Shown in pieces: positions 47,513-56,988 of a DNA stretch of 64,000 nt. Position 1 is the stretch's first letter. The number at the start of each line of letters is the position of its first letter. Source of the DNA: Thermoproteota archaeon (lineage in GTDB: Archaea > Korarchaeota > Korarchaeia > Korarchaeales > Korarchaeaceae); assembly GCA_027078475.1 (NCBI GenBank), contig JALWYH010000029.1, forward strand, positions 10,808 to 74,807, given 5' to 3'. The position numbers and the translations under genes are program-made. The notes beneath the pieces are model-generated. The model saw only the letters and a list, made by a program, of their open reading frames with translations. It had not been told where the DNA came from and searched no databases.

Positions 47513-47734
47513 ATGAGGGAGACCATTAAAGTGTTCCTTGCCGGGAGGGAGGTGAAGCTCTCCCCCAACACCATGCTAGGTGAACTCTATCCCTTGCTAG
47601 GGATGAGTAAATGGAGCACCCTTCTCCTCGTGAATGGTAGGCCCAAAGCGGATGATTCCTACTTGGAGGATGGCGCTGTTGTCACATGGCTGAGGATAAC
47701 GTATCATGAGAGCCCGAGGGAGAGGACAAGGTGA
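47513..47734 (+). CDS. ThiS/MoaD-fold (beta-grasp) small protein lacking the C-terminal Gly-Gly
   Basis: IKVFLAGREVKL...TMLGELYPLLG...LLLVNGRPKADDSYLEDGAVVTWLRIT fits the ThiS/MoaD pattern but ends TYHESPRERTR. Overlaps the start of the TtuA gene. Confidence 0.4.
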   Translation: MRETIKVFLAGREVKLSPNTMLGELYPLLGMSKWSTLLLVNGRPKADDSYLEDGAVVTWLRITYHESPRERTR

Positions 47735-48731
47735 TTCCGTGAGAGTATGCGACCTGTGCGGGGAGAGAGAGGCCGTCTACACCGACTACTCAAAAGGAAT
47801 TTCCCTGTGCTCCGACTGCCTGATGAGCTCCGTTAGGAGGAGGGCCTGGCGCGTGCTGGAGGAGGAACTGCTTCCAGGCGACAGGATAGTGGTGGCGCAC
47901 TCTGGAGGGAAGGACAGCTCCCTAGCCCTCCTCCTAACAAAGGAGTTCGCTGACTCTCATCCGGAGGCCAATCTGAGGATCGTCTCGGTCACCATAGACG
48001 AGGGAACATTTTACAGGAAGGCATCCGTGGAGCTGGCTAGGAGACTGGCCCACGAGCTAGGAGTCACTCACAGAACCTACGGAATGGAGGAGATCCACGG
48101 ACTGTCCATAGAGGAGCTGGACTTCGCTCTACCGGACAACTGGAAGAGGAGTCCGTGTACCTACTGCGGGGTTCTGAGGAGGCAGGCCCTAAATGCCGTC
48201 GCGAGGGAGTTGGGTGCAACGGTTGTGGTTACGGGTCACAATCTTGATGATCTGGTGCAGACCGCCGTGATGAATCTCTCCAGGGGTGATGTGAGCGCTC
48301 TCATCAAGACGTTGAGGCATGAGAGGAGAGATGATACCGGGCTGGTGCCCCGAGTGAGGCCTCTGAGGATGGTCTACGAGAGGGAAGTCGCCACCTTGGT
48401 TGTGGCTAGGAGGATTCACGCCCATCTCGGCAAATGTCCTTTCACTCAAGGTATGAGGATCGGTATAAGGAGAGAGATCGATGATCTGGAGGACGAGGCC
48501 CCGGGAACCAAGCTGAGGGCTCTAGAGATGCTTTCCATGCTGTCAAAGGATCTCAGAAGCCAGGTAAACCTCAGAAGATGCAGGGTGTGCGGTGAACCTA
48601 CTACAACTGATGTGTGCAAGGCATGCCAGTTCAAGAGAGAACTCTCGGAATTCTTGGGAAGAGACCTACTGGGCCCCCTCAACTTGGAGAGGGTAAAAAA
48701 GGATAGGGAGATCGTGTGGACTAGATCCTGA
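47706..48731 (+). CDS. tRNA 2-thiolation protein TtuA/NcsA-like (PP-loop ATPase, Fe-S, zinc ribbons)
   Basis: N-terminal Zn ribbon VCDLCGE...LCSDCL. PP-loop RIVVAHSGGKDSSLALLL. TGHNLDDLVQTAVMNLSRG. Fe-S ligands SPCTYCG and GKCPF. C-terminal CRVCGEPTTTDVCKAC. Confidence 0.75.
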   Translation: MRARGRGQGDSVRVCDLCGEREAVYTDYSKGISLCSDCLMSSVRRRAWRVLEEELLPGDRIVVAHSGGKDSSLALLLTKEFADSHPEANLRIVSVTIDEGTFYRKASVELARRLAHELGVTHRTYGMEEIHGLSIEELDFALPDNWKRSPCTYCGVLRRQALNAVARELGATVVVTGHNLDDLVQTAVMNLSRGDVSALIKTLRHERRDDTGLVPRVRPLRMVYEREVATLVVARRIHAHLGKCPFTQGMRIGIRREIDDLEDEAPGTKLRALEMLSMLSKDLRSQVNLRRCRVCGEPTTTDVCKACQFKRELSEFLGRDLLGPLNLERVKKDREIVWTRS

Positions 48732-50025
48732 GGGGGGTGAGGTCTTCCCTCCGGGGAATGTACCAAGTCCTCTTTGGCAGGGGTCTGAGTCCGTATTCCA
48801 AGGACCTGTTGGAATAGTTCAGGATCAGCTTCATCATGTCCTTTCCGGAGAACCAGCCGGCTCCTCCCATAGAAGCATCCAGTTCGTGGAAGTTAGTCGA
48901 ATCATCTCTAGGCAGTCCGCTCCCATAGAACATCACGGGCACTGGATCCCCGCTGTGTTTGCCTATAGTACAGGGAGTGGCGTGATCCCCGGTAATTACG
49001 ACCAGCAAATCTTCCGGCGGATCTATCAAATCTTCTAGAGCCAAGTCTATTCTCTCCAAGACTTTCACCTTTAGACTCGGATCCATCCTATGAGAGGCGA
49101 CGTCGGTCCCCTTCATGTGGACATATACGAAGTCGAAATAATCCAGCAGGTTCAGAGCCTCCTTGATTTTACCGCGGAAGTTTGAATCCGGGAGTCCCGT
49201 TGCTCCCTCCGGTTGATACACCTCGAAGCCTAGGGCCCTAGCAATTCCCTTGTACATGGGTCCCGCCGCGACCGCGGCAGGCTTGAATCCCCATCTATCG
49301 CCGAATCTCTCGATCTCGATGGGTTCTGATGCGCCTCTCGGTAGCACGAAGTTTGCTGGTGGCTTGTCCTCATTCATCCTCCTCCTGTTGATCTCATGAT
49401 CCCTTAGTAGTACGTAAGACCTAGCCAAGAATTCCTTGAGGGCCCTAGCAGTCCTCTCGGCCCTCTCGTCAGCAACCATGGGAAGGGGTTCAAGGACAGG
49501 GTATCCCTCCTCATGGGGGTCGACGTCGGTTACCTGGCTGCTCAGCTGGCGCCCCCTCAGTATAAGGAAGCCCCTGTGCTCCAAGGTGTGGACGAATTCG
49601 GCCTCCACATCTCCATCTAGTAGGCTCATCCCAGATATGGTGGAGGCGAGGGCTTCGGCATCATGCCCCGATATCCTACCCGCGCGCCTGTCTTCCACGA
49701 TTAGCTCCTCACCTCTCTCCGATACAGTGGCAAAATTCGCCCTGAAGGCCACGCCCTCGTCCAGTTCAATGCCCTCGCCGAGGGCCTCGAATATTCCCCT
49801 ACCAGGATAGTCCCTCTCCAAATCATAACCGAATAGAGAGAGATGTCCCGTGTCGCTTCCCGGTGGCACACCGGGAGCTATCGGATATTGCATACCGAGG
49901 ATGCCCTTGGACGCCATATAATCCATGTTTGGGATCTCTGCAGCCTGAAGCGGGGTCAGGTGCTTGAGGTAAGGGTGGGGCCTGTCCCCCAAGCCGTCGA
50001 GGATTATCAGCATTACCTTTTTCAT
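48721..50025 (-). CDS. apgM: 2,3-bisphosphoglycerate-independent phosphoglycerate mutase, archaeal type
   Basis: MKKVMLIILDGLGDRPHP N-terminus and ApgM family blocks (GKDMMKL, VITGDHATP). Confidence 0.85.
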   Translation of the reverse strand: MKKVMLIILDGLGDRPHPYLKHLTPLQAAEIPNMDYMASKGILGMQYPIAPGVPPGSDTGHLSLFGYDLERDYPGRGIFEALGEGIELDEGVAFRANFATVSERGEELIVEDRRAGRISGHDAEALASTISGMSLLDGDVEAEFVHTLEHRGFLILRGRQLSSQVTDVDPHEEGYPVLEPLPMVADERAERTARALKEFLARSYVLLRDHEINRRRMNEDKPPANFVLPRGASEPIEIERFGDRWGFKPAAVAAGPMYKGIARALGFEVYQPEGATGLPDSNFRGKIKEALNLLDYFDFVYVHMKGTDVASHRMDPSLKVKVLERIDLALEDLIDPPEDLLVVITGDHATPCTIGKHSGDPVPVMFYGSGLPRDDSTNFHELDASMGGAGWFSGKDMMKLILNYSNRSLEYGLRPLPKRTWYIPRREDLTPLRI

Positions 50026-50088
50026 ACGTTTTTTGAACGACTCCTTATTTAATACGTCGCTCCCCCTTCTAGGGGAAGGGTAGGGGAG

Positions 50089-50856
50089 ATGGAGTGGAAG
50101 GAAGTTAGGGAGATCTCCGAACCGATGAATGCTGATGTGGCCGTTCTGGGTTTTCCAGGCATGGCCAACGTGGGCGAGCAGGTGATAACCTACCTCATAA
50201 AGAGCCTAGATCCAACGCCCGTGGCCAAGATATACTCGGAATACCTGATGTTTCCAAACAACATGGTGGGCATATCCGTGCTGGAGGAAGGTCGGTTCGC
50301 CCTCCCCTCAGTCTCGATCTTCGAGTCTAAGAATCCACCCCTGGCCCTCGTGACGAGCGACGTTCAGCCCGTGCCGTGGGGAGGGATGGAGATAGCCAAC
50401 GAGATCCTGAGAGTGCTCGGGAGAATGGGAGTGACCAAGGCAATAGTTGTTACTGGCTTTGTGGACGAGAGCTATGCTGGCAAGGTTCTTGCGTTTGGTG
50501 AGGATGGGGACCTCCTCGGGAGGTTTAAGGATGCAGGCGCAGTTAGTGAGAGCTTGATAAAGTCCGTCATAGGATTGGCCGGCTCAGTCCTCGGGATAGC
50601 AAAGATAAGAGGGCTAGGCAGTGTCGTACTCAGTGGGGTGGCCCCGGACTACTCCCCTGATCCTAAGGCTGCAAAGGCGGTGCTCGAGATACTCGATAGG
50701 GTATTCTCCCTCGGGCTGGACTTCAAGATGATCGACAGGCAGATAGAGGAGGTGGAAAGGATAAAGAGTGAACTGGTAAAGGAGATAGAACGCAGGATCA
50801 GGGAAGAGCTAGGAGGACATGGTGAGATGGATGAGTCCACGGAGTACTTCGGGTAG
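50089..50856 (+). CDS. PAC2-family protein (archaeal proteasome assembly chaperone PbaA/PbaB-like), paralogue 1
   Basis: ADVAVLGFPGMANVGEQVITYLI...ALVTSDVQPVPWGG fits the PAC2/COG1938 pattern. Acidic C-terminus ending EYFG. Confidence 0.55.
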   Translation: MEWKEVREISEPMNADVAVLGFPGMANVGEQVITYLIKSLDPTPVAKIYSEYLMFPNNMVGISVLEEGRFALPSVSIFESKNPPLALVTSDVQPVPWGGMEIANEILRVLGRMGVTKAIVVTGFVDESYAGKVLAFGEDGDLLGRFKDAGAVSESLIKSVIGLAGSVLGIAKIRGLGSVVLSGVAPDYSPDPKAAKAVLEILDRVFSLGLDFKMIDRQIEEVERIKSELVKEIERRIREELGGHGEMDESTEYFG

Positions 50857-51205
50857 ACTGCCAGCCCCCTTGCAGAGACTCAAGGATAAGTTGACCAAGG
50901 AAAACCTCTGGCTGTATGTTCTTTCTATACTCAGGGAGAGGCCAGCTTATCCCTATGAGATATCTGATCTCATCGAGGAGAGATTCGGATGGAGACCGGC
51001 TAGGGTCACCGCTTACATAGTGATGAGATCCCTCAAATCCAAGGGTTATGTGAGGATGTCCAAGAGGAAGGGAGAGGATACAGGAAAGATGAGGAACTAC
51101 TACGAGATAACGGAATCCGGGCGGAAATTGCTTGAGGAAGGTTTGGACTTTCTGGAGACTACACTGGAGTCTCTGAGAAAGGAGCGGGGAAGTAAACTGA
51201 AATGA
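50819..51205 (+). CDS. PadR-family winged-helix transcriptional regulator
   Basis: LWLYVLSILRERPAYPYEISDLI...GKMRNYYEITESGRKLLEEG matches the PadR signature (P..GYEI ... R.YY.LTE.G). Confidence 0.55.
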   Translation: MVRWMSPRSTSGRLPAPLQRLKDKLTKENLWLYVLSILRERPAYPYEISDLIEERFGWRPARVTAYIVMRSLKSKGYVRMSKRKGEDTGKMRNYYEITESGRKLLEEGLDFLETTLESLRKERGSKLK

Positions 51206-52239
51206 GAATCTGGTTGGACGTGATCACTCCCAAGCAGGCTAGGCTGATGGCGGCTATAGCCTCTCGTTTGGGAGAGGACTATCTGATCACCGTTAAGGGG
51301 CTCAGGGAATCGGTGGATCTCCTGAGGAGATTGGGAGTTGAGTACAGGGTCGTCGGGAGGTACGCTCCTAGTGGCCTTAGGGACAAGCTCCTAGCATATG
51401 CCGACAGGGTCAGGCTCCTCATCGATCATGTTCTCAGTTTTTCCCCCGATGCGCTGATATCTTTCTCATCACCGGAGGCTGTGAGGGTTGCATTCGGGCT
51501 CTCAATCAGAGCCATAACCATGAACGACACTCCTCACTCATACCACGTTGCCAGGCTGACCTTCCCCCTGTCTTGGAGAGTGGTCTATCCGGAGGCCATA
51601 CCCAAGGGGGACATGATAAATCTGGGGGCTTCTGACGAGTCACTCGTCCCATACGGTGGCGTCGACGAGGTGGCGTGGGTGAAGGACTACGTTCTGTCCG
51701 TACCAAGAATAGAGAGGGAGTTCAAGGTCTTCATCCGTCCGGAGGAGAGCGGAGCATCCTATCTGCTGGGGAAGAGTGAGTCGTTAGCCCTCAGGCTCAT
51801 CGATGTCGCCCTAGATTCCGGGGCGGAGGTCCTGGTCAAGCCCAGGTACGAGAGCCAGGCCAGAGAGATAAGGAGGAGCAGGGCATTCAAGGAGGGTAGG
51901 CTAATTCTGGTGGAGAATACGGTTGACACACTTGACCTCTTCAGTAGGATCTCACTGGTCATAACTGGCGGTGGAACCATGGCCAGGGAGGCCGCCCTGC
52001 TGGGAACTCCCTCCATCTCGGTATTCCCCTTGAACGTGAGGCTCCACGTTAACGACTACCTCCAAGACAGGGGTTTTCCCATATGGAGGGCCAACAAGCT
52101 AGAAGATGCTAGGCGCTTAACAGTTGAGATACTTAGGGACCCAGATTCGTTCGCCGTGGACACGAGGGGGATGGTTTCCTCCTTGGAGGATCCAAGGGAT
52201 GTTATAGCTTCGCTGGTCGGTGAGATCGATGTCGGCTAA
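51202..52239 (+). CDS. DUF354 protein (GT-B / UDP-GlcNAc 2-epimerase-like fold)
   Basis: MRIWLDVITPKQARLMAAIASRLGEDYLITVKG is the typical DUF354 N-terminus; 345 aa. ATGA overlap with the PadR gene. Confidence 0.55.
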   Translation: MRIWLDVITPKQARLMAAIASRLGEDYLITVKGLRESVDLLRRLGVEYRVVGRYAPSGLRDKLLAYADRVRLLIDHVLSFSPDALISFSSPEAVRVAFGLSIRAITMNDTPHSYHVARLTFPLSWRVVYPEAIPKGDMINLGASDESLVPYGGVDEVAWVKDYVLSVPRIEREFKVFIRPEESGASYLLGKSESLALRLIDVALDSGAEVLVKPRYESQAREIRRSRAFKEGRLILVENTVDTLDLFSRISLVITGGGTMAREAALLGTPSISVFPLNVRLHVNDYLQDRGFPIWRANKLEDARRLTVEILRDPDSFAVDTRGMVSSLEDPRDVIASLVGEIDVG

Positions 52240-52483
52240 GAGGGCATATATCTCCGGATGCAGGGAGTTGAAGGAAGGAATACCAATAAGGACAGACGAG
52301 GGATGGGAGGGCGTGGTCAGGATCCTGCTCAGCGTGGATGCCCTAGTAGTGGATGGGGAGTGCATGCATCCCGATGCTTCCTTGGTTGCGTTCTTGGCCC
52401 GGCTCATGGATCGGGAGGTCTACTGGATAGGCAGGAGACCAAGGGGTCTCCTAGCCGGACTGGTCACCCGCGGCCTAGATTAG
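52229..52483 (+). CDS. Small hypothetical ORF (84 aa) in the DUF354/Nox convergent gap
   Basis: Only ORF filling a 235-nt gap. Codon usage compatible with the genome. No recognisable family. Weak. Confidence 0.2.
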   Translation: MSAKRAYISGCRELKEGIPIRTDEGWEGVVRILLSVDALVVDGECMHPDASLVAFLARLMDREVYWIGRRPRGLLAGLVTRGLD

Positions 52484-53809
52484 CCTGTACTTCCTAGCCA
52501 TCCCCTCGGCAGCTACGGCCACTGGATCGAGAAGGTCGCAAACTTCGGGTTGGTAGGCGAACTCCATAAGTCTGATGTCCTGAGCTCTGAAGCCAGCGTA
52601 TATGGCTGCAGTCAGAAAGGTTATCCTGTCCCTCACCCCCCTCCTCCCGAACACTTGGGCCCCGAGGAGCCTCCCTTCCGGATCTGTGACCATCCACACT
52701 ATGAACCTGTCCCTCCCCTCTATGTACCTTGGGAGGTCGGACCCCGCGAACCTGAAAGCCCTGTATTCTATCCCAAGCTTCTCTGCCTTGCTTGCCGAGA
52801 TGCCCACGCCTCCAAACCAGCGATCGCCCACTGGAATCAGATAGGGGGACAGGGCCCCTCTGTACCTTATCTTGCCGCCAGCGGCGTTCTCGGCGGCTAT
52901 CCTTCCCTGAACCAAGGCGGTAGATGCGAGGCCCGTGGCGGTTGGTTTCTCGGTCACGAAATCCTTCACCTCCGCCACATCGCCCGCCGCTAGAATGTGA
53001 GGGTCTGCCGTGAATAGATAGTCATTCACCTTGACCGCTCCGGTGGTCCCTATCTCCAGCCCCGACTTGGCCGCCAGGTCCGAGTTGGGCCTCGCCCCTA
53101 TGACCACAATGGCGGTGTCGGCCTCTATCCTGCCAGCAGGGGTGACCACGTACTTCAGCCTTCCACCGGACCCCTCAAGCTCGGTCATTGGGGTCTTAAG
53201 CCTTATCCTGACGCCCATATCGGTCAGCGCCTTGGCGACGGTCGAGGCTATGGGAGGATCTACCTTCCCCGGCATGAGCTGCTCCATGGCCTCTATGAGG
53301 GTGACCTCCCTTCCCGTCCTCGCCAGCTCCGCGGCCACCTCGATGCCGGTGGCGCTCCCTCCCACCACCACGATCTTGTTTCCCAGCATCTTCAGGAGCC
53401 TCTCTACCGACTCCACATCCCATACCGTTCCCACCCCCTCCAAGTCCATGCCCCTCACCTTGGGGAATATGGGCTTCAATCCGGTGGCCAGTATTAGCCT
53501 GTCGTAGGGTATCTCCTGCGTCTCCCCGTCCCTCTCGAACACGAGGATCTTCCTCTTCCTATCTATCAGCTTGGCCTCGGATCTGAGGATCACGTTCACC
53601 CTCCCCTTGGGGGCTGTCTCCACCACCGCGTCCAGGGGTAACCTCCCTCCCAACACCATCGGGAGCGCGCAGGGATGGATGGAGACATGCTTCCCCCTCT
53701 CCACCACGTAGACCTCGGAGTCGGGGTCAACCTTCTTCAAGACGGCCGCAGCCGTTTGACCGGCCGTTCCATGTCCCACCACTACGTACTGCATGAGCCC
53801 TCGGGACAT
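52475..53809 (-). CDS. NADH oxidase / CoA-disulfide reductase (pyridine nucleotide-disulfide oxidoreductase, single redox-active Cys)
   Basis: FAD fold YVVVGHGTAGQTAA. Redox Cys VSIHPCALP. NAD fold VVVGGSATGIE. C-terminal dimerisation domain. Confidence 0.75.
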   Translation of the reverse strand: MSRGLMQYVVVGHGTAGQTAAAVLKKVDPDSEVYVVERGKHVSIHPCALPMVLGGRLPLDAVVETAPKGRVNVILRSEAKLIDRKRKILVFERDGETQEIPYDRLILATGLKPIFPKVRGMDLEGVGTVWDVESVERLLKMLGNKIVVVGGSATGIEVAAELARTGREVTLIEAMEQLMPGKVDPPIASTVAKALTDMGVRIRLKTPMTELEGSGGRLKYVVTPAGRIEADTAIVVIGARPNSDLAAKSGLEIGTTGAVKVNDYLFTADPHILAAGDVAEVKDFVTEKPTATGLASTALVQGRIAAENAAGGKIRYRGALSPYLIPVGDRWFGGVGISASKAEKLGIEYRAFRFAGSDLPRYIEGRDRFIVWMVTDPEGRLLGAQVFGRRGVRDRITFLTAAIYAGFRAQDIRLMEFAYQPEVCDLLDPVAVAAEGMARKYRLI

Positions 53810-53859
53810 CCCTCCCCAGTGTTTAATATTGAGTTGCGGCCTCCCAGATAGGGTGTCTG

Positions 53860-54621
53860 GTGGGTTACATCGAGCTCGTCAGATTGGAGGAGGTGAAGCC
53901 TAAGAAACCTATCTTAATCCAGGGAGTGCCTGGGCTCGGTCTAGTGGGCAAGATAGCTGCCAGCTACCTGATAAAGAAGTTCGAGGCCAAGAAGATAGCC
54001 GTGATCTACAGCGATTACCTTCCCCTGCCGGACGGCTCGTCCGGCGTCAGGGTAGAGGAGGATGGCATAAAGCCGCCCGCCTACGAGATTTACCTCATCG
54101 AGGGAGGAGAGAGAGATCTAATCGTGCTCACTTCTGACGTCCAGCCCATGGCGTTCGGCCAGTACAAGGTAGGGGAATTGGTTCTCGATTTCGCCCAAGA
54201 GTTAGGCGTGACGGTCGTAATAACCATGGGCGGATACGTCCCAGGATCACCGGATGTCGCAGGGGTCTTTGCCTGTACGAACGATGATGAATTCATGAAG
54301 ACCTTGGAGTCCGCGGGCGTGAAGCCCCTGACTGGAGGGTACGTGACCGGAGCTGCTGGCCTGCTGGTGGGGCTGGCTGATCTCAGGAGGATAACGAGTG
54401 CATGCCTGCTGGGAACTACCAGTGGAGCCTTTCCTGATCCTAAGGCTTCGAAGATGGTGTTGGAGGTGCTGAACTCCCTTTACGGGCTCAACATAGACCT
54501 AGAGGAGCTGGAAAAGGAGGCCGAGATGGCGGAGGAGGTCATAAAGGAGGAGATAAAGCTGAGCGAAAGGGCGGAGTACAGACCCGAGGAGGAGAGGGAG
54601 AGCCTCCCGTATCACGGCTAG
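53860..54621 (+). CDS. PAC2-family protein (PbaA/PbaB-like), paralogue 2
   Basis: ILIQGVPGLGLVGKIAASYLI...IVLTSDVQPMAFGQ parallels paralogue 1. Ends ...SLPYHG. Confidence 0.55.
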   Translation: MGYIELVRLEEVKPKKPILIQGVPGLGLVGKIAASYLIKKFEAKKIAVIYSDYLPLPDGSSGVRVEEDGIKPPAYEIYLIEGGERDLIVLTSDVQPMAFGQYKVGELVLDFAQELGVTVVITMGGYVPGSPDVAGVFACTNDDEFMKTLESAGVKPLTGGYVTGAAGLLVGLADLRRITSACLLGTTSGAFPDPKASKMVLEVLNSLYGLNIDLEELEKEAEMAEEVIKEEIKLSERAEYRPEEERESLPYHG

Positions 54622-54693
54622 TTACTACCCCCTCTAGTTGCGGCGATGGGCGTAACTTAAAAGGAGGGCTCGGACAGTTACTGGGATAGGAGA

Positions 54694-55695
54694 ATGCCTA
54701 GGAGAGATGATGAGATACCAGTTTACACACCTGAACTGCCCTACCAGCCTAAGATAAGTGGCAGGGTCCTGATCGTCGCTGCTCTCATCATAGTCCTGCT
54801 GATTATCTCCCTTCTGAGTGTTTACACGATCGAGCTGGGGTACGCGGCTGTCACTGTTGATCCCTTCACCGGGGCCATCTCGGGACCCGTTATAGGACCC
54901 AAGGTGGCCTTCAAGATGCCGTGGCAGTCGGTCAAGAAGGTATACATAGCAACGGACGCGGTTCACATGTGGACCGATGTCAACGCGGTGAAGCACGGGT
55001 ATGGCAGCGCCATAGGAGATTATCCGGCGATAGAATCCCTGACTAAGGACGGGCTGCAGGCCTGGATCGATCTCACGGTCAGATGGCACATCATCCCCAG
55101 TTCCGTGCCCAAGATAGTGGAGTCTTACCCGGCGCTGGACTACGAGGAGAAGCTGATAATACCTGAGATAAGGAAGGTGGCCAGGGACGTGCTCTCCAAG
55201 TATCAGGCAGCCGAGGTCCCGGTGGCCAGGGACAGGATAAGCGGTGAGATATTCAACTTGCTCCAAGAGGTGTTCAGCAAGGACGAGACCACGGGTGGGG
55301 GTATAGTCATAGACGAAGTCTACGTGAGGAACATAAAACTGCCGGAGGAGTTCCTGAAGGCCATTCAGGAGAAGCTCACCTCCCAGCAGAGGATGATAGC
55401 CGCCTACTTCGACAGGAACAGGACCATAATACTGGCCAACGCCTCCGCCACTGCGAAAGTGCTGGAAGCTGAGGGGGAGGCGAAATCTAGGATAATAATA
55501 GCCAATGGAACGGCGAGATCCATAGACATACTTGTGAGATCCGGTGCTGATCCGGAGAAGATAGCCCCTCTTGTCATATACCTAGAGGGCCTGAAGGACA
55601 TAGCCAAGTCCAACGCCACGATAATAGTGACCGCTGGCGGGTCGGCGACCCCCACCCCTATATTATATCCAGTGCAGCCGAGCGCGGGTGGTTGA
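54694..55695 (+). CDS. SPFH / band-7 (stomatin/prohibitin-like) membrane protein
   Basis: N-terminal TM, then an SPFH domain and a coiled-coil region; 333 aa. Confidence 0.7.
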   Translation: MPRRDDEIPVYTPELPYQPKISGRVLIVAALIIVLLIISLLSVYTIELGYAAVTVDPFTGAISGPVIGPKVAFKMPWQSVKKVYIATDAVHMWTDVNAVKHGYGSAIGDYPAIESLTKDGLQAWIDLTVRWHIIPSSVPKIVESYPALDYEEKLIIPEIRKVARDVLSKYQAAEVPVARDRISGEIFNLLQEVFSKDETTGGGIVIDEVYVRNIKLPEEFLKAIQEKLTSQQRMIAAYFDRNRTIILANASATAKVLEAEGEAKSRIIIANGTARSIDILVRSGADPEKIAPLVIYLEGLKDIAKSNATIIVTAGGSATPTPILYPVQPSAGG

Positions 55696-56109
55696 ATGAG
55701 GTCCTTCGGAGTGAAGGAGATTCATGTGATCAGGATAGATCGGGGAGAGGAAGTCGTCTCCTCGATAGTCAGGGCCTGCGCCGAGAGGGGGATAAAGGCT
55801 GCGGTGCTCACTGGGCTGGGCCTTCTCAGCAAGGCCAAGCTGGCTGTGTTCAATCCCGAGAAAGAGGAGTACGAGACATTCGACGTGGGCACACCCATGG
55901 AGCTGGCCTCCCTCACCGGAAACGTGAGCTTGAAGGACGAGAGGCCCTTCGCCCACATACATGTCGTCTTGGGGAATCGGGAGGGTACAGCTGCCGGTCA
56001 TCTGGTGGAGGGATATGTTGGTGGCACGTGTGAGGTGGCGATAATTGAGCTGGAGGGTGAGCTGAGAAGGGATCTAAGCAGGGGAGGATTGTTCCTCCTG
56101 AACGTGTGA
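55696..56109 (+). CDS. DUF296 (PPC / PCC domain) protein
   Basis: ~137 aa with GLGLLSKAKLAVFNPEKEEYETFDV...AHIHVVLG...GHLVEG, characteristic of DUF296. Confidence 0.5.
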   Translation: MRSFGVKEIHVIRIDRGEEVVSSIVRACAERGIKAAVLTGLGLLSKAKLAVFNPEKEEYETFDVGTPMELASLTGNVSLKDERPFAHIHVVLGNREGTAAGHLVEGYVGGTCEVAIIELEGELRRDLSRGGLFLLNV

Positions 56110-56985
56110 TCTCTTAGCGGTGAGCTCCACTATGTAGTCCCTCAAGGACTCCGCGAGGGAGGATATCTCCTCCAGGGCCCTTTTTCTCTTCCTGTTGAGC
56201 TCCTCGCAGTTGATCTCCCTGACGCTCAGGTCTAGATTTATGGGGGTTATCGAGACCGCCCTCTCGACCATGAGGGCATAGAGGTCGGTGCCCCTATCCT
56301 TCTCGGTCACAGGTACGGGGTTGCCTCCGAGCCAGTAGTATGGGTTGCCCCTAGTATCTATTCTCTCCAAGACGTAGTTCTCGAACTTCATCCTGGCGAG
56401 CCTCGTCACCCTGACAGGGGTGTCCTCGGATATCCTGTAGGGAAAGTTCACGTTGAGCAGATCCACTCCATCAGGCAATCCCCTCCTGACCAGCCACTCG
56501 GTTATCATGGACGCCAGCCTGGCGTGAACCATGAACCTGTCCACCGGGCGGCTTGGCTGACCGGCAGGTATCTCCACGCTGAACGCTGAGGACGTGATGC
56601 CCATTATGGTGCCCTGGAGGGCGGCCGCTATGGTGCCGCTGGTGAAGATGTTGTCCAGCGTTATGTTGTCCCCCACGTTGATCCCGGATACAACCACGTC
56701 GGGCTCCGAGTCCATTATGTACTTGATCGCCACTGTGACCGCGTCTCCCGGGGTTCCACTCACGGTGAAGGCCTCCCTGTATCCAAATCCCTTGACCTTA
56801 ACCGGGAGCTTCCTTATTCTCAGCGGCTTGTGGAGGGTTATCCCCTTACCGGCGGCGCTCATCTCGTGCTCCGGGACCACCACTGTTATCTTGCCCAGTT
56901 TCCTCTCCATCAGGCCCGTCCAGAAAGCCCTGAAGGGGGCCGAGTGCAGCCCGTCATCGTTAGTTAGGAGAATGTGGTAATCCAT
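56074..56985 (-). CDS. surE: 5'/3'-nucleotidase SurE
   Basis: MDYHILLTNDDGLHSAP N-terminus (DDG motif) and the SurE family body. Confidence 0.8.
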   Translation of the reverse strand: MDYHILLTNDDGLHSAPFRAFWTGLMERKLGKITVVVPEHEMSAAGKGITLHKPLRIRKLPVKVKGFGYREAFTVSGTPGDAVTVAIKYIMDSEPDVVVSGINVGDNITLDNIFTSGTIAAALQGTIMGITSSAFSVEIPAGQPSRPVDRFMVHARLASMITEWLVRRGLPDGVDLLNVNFPYRISEDTPVRVTRLARMKFENYVLERIDTRGNPYYWLGGNPVPVTEKDRGTDLYALMVERAVSITPINLDLSVREINCEELNRKRKRALEEISSLAESLRDYIVELTAKRSHVQEEQSSPA

Positions 56986-56988
56986 CGC

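Noticed and set aside
52117-52407. 96-aa minus-strand ORF in the DUF354/Nox gap
   Set aside because: Antisense to the DUF354 C-terminus and to the small plus-strand ORF. No support.
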